A stretch of DNA of 10,492 nt from an uncultured archaeon (GCA_964468895.1 CAYXWT010000001.1:1-10492), one strand, 5' to 3'. Shown: positions 1-6,632, counted from the first letter of the stretch. Made by a program: numbers and translations. Notes: generated by a model not told the origin, from the sequence alone.

Positions 1-248
1 ATAACTGTGTGTGCGTTTTTACCAATTGCAGCAGCTATGTTTCCTGCCCAAACAACATCTATTGGTTGTGCATTGTTTCCTACTACAATACTTACAGCTG
101 GAACTCCTTCGTTAAAAAGATCTTCCTTTGTAACTTGTGTCCAATCAGCTGGAGTTACGTTTGCTGCCATAGCACCAGAGATCATTAAAGCTCCAACACC
201 TAAAGCTGCAGCACCTGCAACAATTTTTTTCACATTTATATTCTTCAT
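1..248 (-). CDS. S-layer protein, N-terminal part (gene continues past the window start)
   Basis: The reverse-strand translation from ATG (246-248) reads MKNINVKKIVAGAAALGVGALMISGAMAANVTPADWTQVTKEDLFNEGVPAVSIVVGNNAQPIDVVWAGNIAAAIGKNAHTV. This gives a signal peptide with an AMA|A cleavage-like site. It is followed by the VVVG..A...DVV.A..IAA.IG pattern typical of the Methanococcales S-layer N-terminal domain (S_layer_N). GGTGA (257-261) lies 8 nt upstream of the ATG. GC content is clearly higher than in the island. Confidence 0.7.
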   Translation of the reverse strand, partial: MKNINVKKIVAGAAALGVGALMISGAMAANVTPADWTQVTKEDLFNEGVPAVSIVVGNNAQPIDVVWAGNIAAAIGKNAHTV

Positions 249-300
249 GTGTCAATTCACCTTTTTTTTATATTTTTTAGTTTTTGTATAAAGACTAGAT
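249..300 (-). promoter_or_regulatory. RBS and putative TATA region of the S-layer gene
   Basis: SD-like GGTGA lies at 257-261 on the minus strand. TATA-like CTTTATAC lies at about 286-293 on the minus strand, and an A/T-rich AAAATATAAAAAAA tract at about 263-280. No transcription start site can be determined from sequence. Confidence 0.3.
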
Positions 301-728
301 CTGTGATAAATAAATAGTTTGATTGAAGTAGACTAAAAATATAGAAGTGTCTAAATAAACAGATCCAAATATACACATATGTAAAGTAATTGGGGAGGTA
401 TAACTTTATAAAGATTACTTTTCAGGAATTAAAACAAAAGGTTTTTAAACAAATAAGATACTGGTTATATTGGAAAATTTACACTAAATATATACATTAT
501 ACTTAGTACTAAAAGACTATTTCTTTTATATTTTTAAAATCTTATTATATCTAATTATAATAAGTACTAAACAACATACTAAATCATAACCTATATGTGA
601 CAACTTAAATGATATTAGACCAAAAGTAAATTTACTATTATCACTTATTTGTTTATTATTTACTATATATATAATATCATAATATATTTTGATAAATAGA
701 ATATTTGAAATAATAGGTAACTTACAAG

Positions 729-805
729 ATTTATTTAAATAGAGGTTCTAAACCAAACAGACAAACATATTTACAAATCTAAAAAATAAAATTTATTTTA
801 TAAAT
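729..805. repeat. Copy 1 of an intergenic repeat of about 75 bp (partner 4069-4140); overlaps the Fic stop codon
   Basis: In an ungapped hand alignment of 729-778 against 4069-4118, 42 of 50 positions are identical. Shared strings include ATTTATTTAAATA, TTCTAAAC and ATATTTACAAAT. Similarity continues to about 805/4140 with one 6-nt gap (TAAAATTT[A/G]TTTTATA). Confidence 0.7.
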
Positions 806-1676
806 TTAATATACTTATTTAAAAACCAAGTTAAAAATGGAATGTCATCTTTGTTTACTTGTGATTTTTTCAAAGAACTATAATAGGTATGTCTATCATT
901 ATAATCTATTATAAATAAAGGATATTTATTATTAAATAAAATAACATTCATTAATATTCTAGATAACCTACCATTTCCATCTCCAAATGGATGAATTTCT
1001 ATAAACTTTAAATGTACTAATGCACTTAGTATTATTGGATGATATTTAGATTTATGATTATTATACCATTTAAAAAAATTATCTAATTCATATTCAAGCT
1101 CTGTTGGGTATGGTGGTACATATTTAGATTGAGATATACCTACTTGATAATTTCTTATTTTTCCTGCAACATCTGGTTTTGTATCTTTAAATAATTCATT
1201 ATGCCATTTTAAAATATTTTTATAAGTAATACTTATATTATTACTATTAATAGTATTAAATAATTTTAAAAATAGTTTTTGATGAGCTTCTGTTTCTTTA
1301 ATATCTTTAAGTTTCTTTTTTTCAGGTACTATACCTTCTTCTAATAAAGTATAAGAATCTTTTAGATTTAAAGTACTTCCTTCTATTCTGTTTGTGTTAT
1401 AAGTAAAATTTATTGAAAAATTTATTAGCTCTTTTGTTTTAATTGATGAAGGTTGTTTATTATAGTTTAGATTCTTACTAGATTTTAATTTTTCTATAAT
1501 ATCAAACTTATCTTTATAAATATCTTTAAAAAAATCAATTTTCAAATCTGTTATATTTTTAGGTATATTATGCCCAAGATATTTTTCCTTACTTTTAAAA
1601 CTAGATTTTATTCTTAAAGTATGATGTAAGTAATAAACAATTTTATTATTTATAGTTTTTTTTATTATTGACACCA
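793..1676 (-). CDS. Fic/DOC family protein (AMPylase-type), class II with an internal inhibitory helix
   Basis: The canonical Fic motif HPFGDGNGRLSR is encoded at 958-993. The upstream motif TNRIEG fits the (S/T)xxxE(G/N) inhibitory motif. The N-terminal IIKKTINNKIVYYLHHTLRIKSSFKSKEKYLG region resembles the N-terminal segment common in archaeal and thermophile Fic proteins. I chose the ATG at 1674-1676 as start; the ATG at 1699-1701 is an alternative. The ORF-track TTG start at 1722 lies inside an inverted repeat and is unlikely. Confidence 0.88.
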
Positions 1677-1684
1677 TAAATAAA

Positions 1685-1736
1685 TTACCAACACAATTCA
1701 TATAAAAAGATGCTTTTAACAACTTTGTGTTGGTAA
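1685..1736 (-). promoter_or_regulatory. 12-bp perfect inverted repeat between AbiEii-1 and Fic (operator, leader hairpin or terminator)
   Basis: TTACCAACACAA (1685-1696) and TTGTGTTGGTAA (1725-1736) are exact reverse complements separated by 28 nt. The repeat is unusually G/C-containing for this intergenic region. On the minus strand the hairpin is followed by TTTATTT and then the Fic ATG. Confidence 0.4.
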
Positions 1737-1805
1737 AGCAAATTAGGTTAATTATTTAAAAGTAGATGATAATATTTTTAACAACTAGTAACTAGAAGTG
1801 TTAAG

Positions 1806-2765
1806 CTATAAATAATTTAGATTTTTTATTTTGTTTACTATATTAGATTTAAATCTAGAATATTTAGCAATATTATATTTTATTAAACATAAGTCCAATA
1901 TATTATCATAATAAACAATAGAATCTTCCTTAAACAACTTAAGATTAATATTAAAATTAATTTTAGTAAACATAAAATACTTACTTGCAGATTTTATTTT
2001 AGAGATTATTTCATCTAAATCAATATCTAAAACATTAATTTTATTATTAATTAAAAATAAATCAAACAAATCTCTTTCTTTTATTTTCTTTCTTGTAAGT
2101 AAAGCTCTATATTTTTCTAATATAATTTCATTTATATCATAAACTTTTAATTTGACAGTATCTAAATTAAAATTTAGTGAATATAGTTCTTTTTTATCTA
2201 TATTACTTAAATCTAAAATATCTACTAAATTTAATAGATTTTTAATATGATAATCAAATAATCTTTCTTCTACAAAATTAACCTCTATTTTTAGTTTAGA
2301 AATAGTAGATGAAAGATATAATGATTTATAATAAACATTAAATGTACAAAGTATTCTTTTATTTATAACTTTTATATATCCTGCTACTGGAGATCTGTTT
2401 ATTTTAAAATCAAAACCACAAGTATCACTTATTTCTTTAATATCATCTATTAAATCTAATTCTATTTTCTTAATACACTTTCCAATTTTGTTTGTACTTG
2501 ATAAATCCCTTATAGAATTTGATTTTATATGATTAAAATCTAAATCTTCACTAATCCTATGATAATTAAGATATAATTTATTTAATAAAGTTCCACCTTT
2601 AAATATTAAATTATCAAATTCTTTTAATTTGTTTTTATTTTTTAATTCTTGAGCTTTTGTTAAAAATAAAGATAAATAATAATCTTTCTCTATCATCATC
2701 TCTGAGATTTTTGGAAATCTCGTTTTTATAAAACTTATATATTGTCTTAAATTTTTATTGTTCAT
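1806..2765 (-). CDS. AbiEii-family nucleotidyltransferase toxin (type IV TA / abortive infection), copy 1
   Basis: FKGGTLLNKLYLNYHRISEDLDF carries the GG(T/S) and S-x-D-L-D-F signatures of the DUF1814/AbiEii pol-beta-like NTase fold (SEDLDF at about 2535-2555). Its ATG (2763-2765) overlaps the upstream partner gene by 11 nt. Confidence 0.8.
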   Translation of the reverse strand: MNNKNLRQYISFIKTRFPKISEMMIEKDYYLSLFLTKAQELKNKNKLKEFDNLIFKGGTLLNKLYLNYHRISEDLDFNHIKSNSIRDLSSTNKIGKCIKKIELDLIDDIKEISDTCGFDFKINRSPVAGYIKVINKRILCTFNVYYKSLYLSSTISKLKIEVNFVEERLFDYHIKNLLNLVDILDLSNIDKKELYSLNFNLDTVKLKVYDINEIILEKYRALLTRKKIKERDLFDLFLINNKINVLDIDLDEIISKIKSASKYFMFTKINFNINLKLFKEDSIVYYDNILDLCLIKYNIAKYSRFKSNIVNKIKNLNYL

Positions 2766-3399
2766 CTAAATACACTTTATTAAATAACATTTTTGGAAAA
2801 TATGTTAAATATAATTTTAATTTATCTTTATTAATTATATCTAAATCTACTATAGATTTGTTATTATAATAAAGATAATCTAAATATGTTCTTTCTAAAT
2901 CTGAAAAATAAAATTTAATACTATTTTTAGTTTTACTTTCTAATAAGCCAATAAGTCTAAAATTTAATTGTTTTTTAAATATAAATGTTTGATTTAATAT
3001 CTTTAAAGTTTTAGAATACCTTGAATTTATTATAACTGTGGTTTTTGGGATTTGGTGCATATCTAAATTATAATTAATATTATTAATTAATAATGAAGAA
3101 TGTAGTGCTAAATACCATTTAATCTTTAATTTATTTAATATTAAAAAAACTATTTCTTCAGTAGAGTACTTATAATAATTTTTGATTTGCTCATCTGAAT
3201 TTAATATATAAAAATAATTACTGAATATTAATTTTATTTTGTTCTTGGTTTTTAGAATAGAAATCATCTTATTAATTTCAAGTTTATTAGAACTTATTGA
3301 ATTTAGGATGGTACACAACCTACTTTTATGTATAACTGCACTTCCAAAATTATCTAATTGGTTGTAGATTGTTTTTAATAAAGAAGAATGCTTATCCAT
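2755..3399 (-). CDS. AbiEi-like antitoxin / wHTH transcriptional regulator, copy 1
   Basis: It sits directly upstream of the AbiEii gene and overlaps it. The N-terminal region is wHTH-like, ending in ILKTKNKIKLIFSNYFYIL (compare the AbiEi L..G.L..I.RG.Y motif). This is followed by WYLALHSSL (compare the AbiEi SAL..HGL motif). A TATA-like TTTATAAT lies about 30 nt upstream of the ATG. Confidence 0.6.
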   Translation of the reverse strand: MDKHSSLLKTIYNQLDNFGSAVIHKSRLCTILNSISSNKLEINKMISILKTKNKIKLIFSNYFYILNSDEQIKNYYKYSTEEIVFLILNKLKIKWYLALHSSLLINNINYNLDMHQIPKTTVIINSRYSKTLKILNQTFIFKKQLNFRLIGLLESKTKNSIKFYFSDLERTYLDYLYYNNKSIVDLDIINKDKLKLYLTYFPKMLFNKVYLDEQ

Positions 3400-3502
3400 A
3401 TAAATTATTATTACATAGACAATATTATAAATATATCGTTTCGATTTATTTAATAATTAGGTGACTTTAGAAACAGCATCTTTATAAGACTTTATATTAA
3501 AT

Positions 3503-3766
3503 TCATTTTGTTTCCTCATGCAATTTTTCTAACAAATCTTTAAATTTATTTTTTTTGTCAAAAGAACTAAGATCTTTAATTAATTCTTCAAAAGAACAAC
3601 CAAATATTACTTCAAAATAATACAGTTCTTCTTTTGAAAGTAATTGCGCATCTTTTGTTAAAATAGATATTACTAATAAACCAATTCTAAATTCTATACA
3701 AGGTTCATTATTATGTTCTACAAAATAAATTTTTGGAATTATATATTGAACTTTGTTTTCTACCAT
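3503..3766 (-). CDS. Hypothetical 87-aa protein, possibly the 3' remnant of a longer truncated gene
   Basis: The ORF starts at an ATG, and I recognise no family. The same frame stays open for 42 more codons upstream (to the stop at 3893-3895) with no ATG, GTG or TTG. This open stretch runs into the duplication junction near 3876. Confidence 0.4.
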   Translation of the reverse strand: MVENKVQYIIPKIYFVEHNNEPCIEFRIGLLVISILTKDAQLLSKEELYYFEVIFGCSFEELIKDLSSFDKKNKFKDLLEKLHEETK

Positions 3767-3851
3767 TAAAAAATAATTCCATTTTACAAATTCTGGAAGA
3801 TTAACTAATACATCTTTTACACTAAAATTAGGTTTTAGGTTTAAAAGTTTA

Positions 3852-4061
3852 TTATAATTTATCTTTGCTATTTCCTTCTTTAGAAATTGCTTTTACAATT
3901 TCTTTTTGAAGATCATTTATTTCTCTTATAGATTTGAATTGCTTTTCATCATAGTTGGGGTTATTAGTATTAGCAATATTATTATTATTTTTAATATCAC
4001 ACTTATACTTATATAAATAATAAGATAACAAAAGTATTAAATTAATTTGCATTAAACACAA
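3852..4061 (-). pseudogene. Truncated paralog (5' fragment) of the 241-aa gene at 5224-5949
   Basis: The fragment encodes ...NNNNIANTNNPNYDEKQFKSIREINDLQKEIVKAISKEGNSKDKL*. The full-length gene encodes ...NNNSNDTNKLNYDEEQLKSRREISDLQKEIAKAISKDGKSEDEL.... The ancestral ATG position is lost, so the ORF only opens from an upstream TTG or ATG (4050-4052). It stops right after the homology ends. Confidence 0.65.
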
Positions 4062-4082
4062 TTATTTAATTTATTTAAATAT
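3876..4082. repeat. Segmental duplication, copy A (partner 5807-6017)
   Basis: A hand alignment of about 125 nt of the coding part shows roughly five in six positions identical. The upstream intergenic blocks GATAACAAAAGTAT and AAACACAATTATTTAA and the last ~20 nt of the RelE-like gene are also shared, with one 1-nt deletion in copy A. Confidence 0.8.
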
Positions 4083-4140
4083 AAATTCTAAACTAAACAT
4101 ATTAATATATTTACAAATATAAAATTTGTTTTATATAAAT
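4069..4140. repeat. Copy 2 of the ~75-bp intergenic repeat (partner 729-805)
   Basis: See the feature at 729-805. Its left end (ATTTATTTAAATA, 4069-4081) is also the right end of duplication copy A. Confidence 0.7.
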
Positions 4141-4209
4141 GTTTTTTACAATTATATTTATATAATATTTCTTTATTAATTACATTATTTATGTTATAGG
4201 TAACTTAAA

Positions 4210-5076
4210 CTAACTACTTATATGTTTTTTTACATTTTTAAGTGATTTTTTGTTTTTAAAATGTAGATCACCTGCATTCTTAGAAGTTATAATAGTTTTA
4301 CCTAATCTTCTTTCTAATCTATCTCTTGCAACTTTTGCAGTTTTACCACCTTCTTTAGCAATATCTTTACTTTCATCAAAAGTTGAAGGATCTTCAGTTT
4401 TTGATATTTCATTTGTTGTTGCTTCTGCAAGCATATTAAAAATCAATTCTAAATTAGTCATATTGTCTCTTAAATTTTCTTTTTTAAGATTTTTTAGTTT
4501 TTTGTAATTTTTAATTGATTTTCCAGACCAAGCTTTAGTTATTTCATTTGTAAGAATTGCAAAGTCTGTTCTTTTTTTAATTCCAACTCTTTGCCACTCA
4601 TCAGTAAGATCTTTTCTTACTTCTATAGTTTTTAGTCTTTGATTGATCCATTCTTTTGAATATCCTTTTTGTAGGTAGGTATTCATGGCTCTTTCAATAG
4701 TTAGTTCGGGATCATACATTTCATTTATTCGTTCATCTCCAACTTTTGCTAACCACATTTTAAAAGGTTCTGCTTTTTTAGAAGGAACTGATTGTATTAA
4801 TCTTAATATTTGTCTAGTATCTCCAACATCTGTAAAATAAGATTTTCCATCAGAAGATAACATTTTCAGTTGGTTACAATTTGTAACCAACTCACTACCT
4901 TCTTTATTAAGACGGAATTTTAAAATTTTCCAATAGTTTCTTGCTTTTTGAAAATCAGAGTCAGTTAATACAGATATAACATCAATTATAGAAAAATACC
5001 ATTCTTCTTTATCTTCATCCCAAGAAACTCGTACTTTTTTATTTTCAAATAATTTGATTGATTTTTTATTAATCAT
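4210..5076 (-). CDS. Bro-N domain family protein (phage antirepressor-like)
   Basis: The N-terminus IKLFENKKVRVSWDEDKEEWYFSIIDVISVLTDS is the typical Bro-N pattern. It is followed by the conserved LRLIQSVPSKKAEPFKMWLAKVGDERI, EWINQRLKTIEVRKDLTDEW and ITKAWSGKSIKNYKKLKNLKKENLRDNMTNLELIFNMLAEATT blocks of a widespread Bro-N-containing family. I chose the ATG at 5074-5076; the ORF-track GTG at 5085 is less likely. Confidence 0.8.
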   Translation of the reverse strand: MINKKSIKLFENKKVRVSWDEDKEEWYFSIIDVISVLTDSDFQKARNYWKILKFRLNKEGSELVTNCNQLKMLSSDGKSYFTDVGDTRQILRLIQSVPSKKAEPFKMWLAKVGDERINEMYDPELTIERAMNTYLQKGYSKEWINQRLKTIEVRKDLTDEWQRVGIKKRTDFAILTNEITKAWSGKSIKNYKKLKNLKKENLRDNMTNLELIFNMLAEATTNEISKTEDPSTFDESKDIAKEGGKTAKVARDRLERRLGKTIITSKNAGDLHFKNKKSLKNVKKHISS

Positions 5077-5198
5077 AATAATCACTATATATACTATAGA
5101 ATTTGATTAATATATACTTTTTGTAACCTAATGGCCGTTGGCCAAATTAGTTTAGGATTTTAATATTAGAAAACTTAAACTTTATAATTAGTAACTTT

Positions 5199-5234
5199 AA
5201 AAGAAATAATCTTTTTAAAAAGATTATTTCCTTT
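5199..5234 (-). terminator. Perfect 14+14 bp palindrome overlapping the stop codon of the 241-aa gene, followed by a T run
   Basis: GAAATAATCTTTTT (5203-5216) and AAAAAGATTATTTC (5217-5230) are exact reverse complements. On the minus strand the hairpin is followed by TTTT. Confidence 0.5.
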
Positions 5235-5949
5235 TAAGTATTTTTTCTAAAGAATCAACTTTGTTCTTTAGATTAAATATCATTTGTGCATAACCATAGG
5301 TCATATCTACTATACTTAAAAGAGATTGTTGTAAATCTGACAATGGTATTTGTAACTTATTTGGTTGTAATATATCTATTGAAGTTACTCCATAGAAATA
5401 TATTAGTCTTAATAGATCATTTAAAGTTGAACAAGATATTTCTGCACTAATATATGTTGAAAATAGATTATCATGAACTATTACTTCTGCAACATTTATA
5501 TCATAAACTAAATATATTTTATCTTGTTTTAGTTTAAAAGCTATTTCTTCCATAGCTCTTCTTAGTTTACCTTTATCATCAGCTTTAGATTCTATTAATA
5601 TTGATACTCTTATTAGATTTCTATCATTTTCAGAAATTTCTCTTCGTTCTATTAGTTTTTTTGAAATACTATCACTTAATGAATATTTAACTGGATAGCC
5701 TTCTTTTTTAATTAATTTTAAAGTAAGCATTGATTTCAATGCTTTTACTAAAATGTCATAATGAGCTTTTGGAAACAGTGTTTGTAACTCATCTTCACTT
5801 TTACCGTCTTTAGAAATAGCTTTAGCTATTTCTTTTTGAAGATCACTTATCTCTCTTCTAGATTTAAGTTGTTCTTCATCATAGTTAAGTTTATTAGTAT
5901 CATTACTATTATTATTATCTTTAATATTAGATTTATTTTCTGTGTTCAT
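5224..5949 (-). CDS. Uncharacterised 241-aa protein: Asn-rich N-terminus, wHTH-like region, and an unknown C-terminal domain of about 130 aa
   Basis: This is a long clean ORF with an ATG start and a TATA-like TTTTATAC about 30 nt upstream. The segment ISDLQKEIAKAISKDGKSEDELQTLFPKAHYDILVKALKSMLTLKLIKKEGYPVKYSL looks like a winged helix. In the C-terminal half (LIRVSILIES...IYLVYDINVAEVIVHD...VTSIDILQP) I recognise no motif. A diverged paralogous 5' fragment lies at 3852-4061. Confidence 0.7.
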   Translation of the reverse strand: MNTENKSNIKDNNNSNDTNKLNYDEEQLKSRREISDLQKEIAKAISKDGKSEDELQTLFPKAHYDILVKALKSMLTLKLIKKEGYPVKYSLSDSISKKLIERREISENDRNLIRVSILIESKADDKGKLRRAMEEIAFKLKQDKIYLVYDINVAEVIVHDNLFSTYISAEISCSTLNDLLRLIYFYGVTSIDILQPNKLQIPLSDLQQSLLSIVDMTYGYAQMIFNLKNKVDSLEKILKRK

Positions 5950-6017
5950 AAATATAATATGATAACAAAAGTATAAAAATAATTAGTATAAACACAATTA
6001 TTTAAATTTATTTAAAT
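5807..6017. repeat. Segmental duplication, copy B (partner 3876-4082)
   Basis: It covers the 5' ~140 nt of the 241-aa gene, the 48-nt intergenic/promoter region and the last ~20 nt of the RelE-like gene. Confidence 0.8.
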
Positions 6018-6270
6018 AGCGTGTATAATTTTTATGATTTTTAAAAAATCTTAAAATATAAATCATCTTTTTATCTCTTATAATAGAATAAAGTAATCTA
6101 GATGAAGAACTTATTTTTTCTACAAAAAAAGGAAGACCATATTTTAAATGCTTTTTTGAAAAACCCATAGATTTTATTTTTTTAATATGCTGATAAATAT
6201 TTAATTGTGTATTTCTATCTTGTTTAGAAAAATCTTTATTAAATTTATAGGTTAGTTCTACAGTATACAA
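5998..6270 (-). CDS. RelE/ParE-superfamily toxin-like protein (type II TA)
   Basis: The protein is 90 aa with the pattern Y.VE....F.KDF.K.D...Q..I...IKKI, then LKYGLPFFVEKI..SSRLLYSIIRDKKMIYILRFFKNHKNY. This is typical of small RelE-like toxins. The TTG start is preceded by GAGG (6279-6282) with an 8-nt spacer. The gene lies 16 nt downstream of an RHH gene. Confidence 0.65.
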   Translation of the reverse strand: MYTVELTYKFNKDFSKQDRNTQLNIYQHIKKIKSMGFSKKHLKYGLPFFVEKISSSSRLLYSIIRDKKMIYILRFFKNHKNYTRYLNKFK

Positions 6271-6286
6271 ATAAATTTCCTCAAAA

Positions 6287-6553
6287 TTATTTTAAATAAG
6301 GATATTTTTTTAAAAACTGTTTTTCAGATATAGTTTTTGTAACTCCTTTTTTAATTAAATTAGTTTCACTAGAAATAGCTTTATTAACTAACAACACTTC
6401 ATCTATATCTGGTTCTGGATCTATTTTATATTTATAAGCTAATTCTAAAATTCCTGCTCTTACAACTTCGTTTTTATTACTAAAATAACCTTTTTTTATA
6501 AAATTAGATATATATTTTTCTTGAATTCCTTTTAATCTTACAATAAAATTCAT
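6287..6553 (-). CDS. Ribbon-helix-helix (CopG/RelB-type) antitoxin
   Basis: MNFIVRLKGIQEKYISNFIKKGYFSNKNEVVRAGILEL fits a strand-helix-helix RHH. The C-terminal tail, NLIKKGVTKTISEKQFLKK, resembles toxin-binding tails of RelB/ParD-type antitoxins. I chose the ATG at 6551-6553; the ORF-track TTG at 6580 lies in a TATA-like ATTATAAT. Confidence 0.7.
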   Translation of the reverse strand: MNFIVRLKGIQEKYISNFIKKGYFSNKNEVVRAGILELAYKYKIDPEPDIDEVLLVNKAISSETNLIKKGVTKTISEKQFLKKYPYLK

Positions 6554-6587
6554 AATAATCACAAGTATATTATAATACAAAAGTAAT

Positions 6588-6632
6588 AAAAAGATATATG
6601 AAAGCTATATAAAACACATCAAAAAGATATAT
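6588..6632. promoter_or_regulatory. Direct repeat AAAAAGATATAT x2 (33-bp period) in the divergent promoter region
   Basis: Exact 12-mers lie at 6588-6599 and 6621-6632, upstream of the minus-strand RHH gene and within the 273-bp region shared with the plus-strand RHH gene. This is a candidate RHH operator or TATA elements. Confidence 0.3.

Noticed and set aside
7-291. Plus-strand 94-aa ORF from the supplied track
   Set aside because: It is an antisense shadow of the S-layer gene. The translation is low-complexity (A/T/P/F-rich) and has no RBS. The opposite strand gives a convincing signal peptide, an S-layer N-domain and a GGTGA RBS.
298-365. C/D-box sRNA-like layout: a terminal 7-bp stem, GTGATAA near the 5' end and TGATTGA internally
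   Set aside because: The boxes deviate from consensus. The C box is GUGAUAA rather than RUGAUGA, and there is no CUGA D box next to the 3' stem (CTAA only). That is too degenerate to call.
783-799. AAAATAAA-A-TTTATTTT palindrome at the Fic stop codon
   Set aside because: It is made of A/T only, and such palindromes are expected by chance at this composition. It is also part of the 729-805 repeat, which is already reported.
1677-1722. TTG/GTG-initiated N-terminal extensions in the ORF track (Fic 1722, Bro-N 5085, RHH 6580, RHH 6815, membrane protein 7132, AbiEii-2 8276)
   Set aside because: In each case a nearby in-frame ATG gives a better start. The supporting evidence is a TAATG stop/start overlap, an SD-like motif that includes the alternative codon, a TATA-like box, or an inverted repeat occupying the extension. 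The RelE-like TTG at 6270 is the exception: I kept it because GAGG precedes it and there is no ATG nearby.
4250-4507. Plus-strand 85-aa ORF from the supplied track
   Set aside because: It lies entirely inside, and antisense to, the well-supported Bro-N gene. The translation is L/S/F-rich and has no recognisable features.
5132-5144. TGGCCGTTGGCCA, the only GC-rich spot in the intergenic region between the 241-aa gene and Bro-N; it can form a 5-bp stem with a 3-nt loop
   Set aside because: The stem is too short to be a convincing structure or terminator. It could be a protein-binding site, but nothing else supports that.
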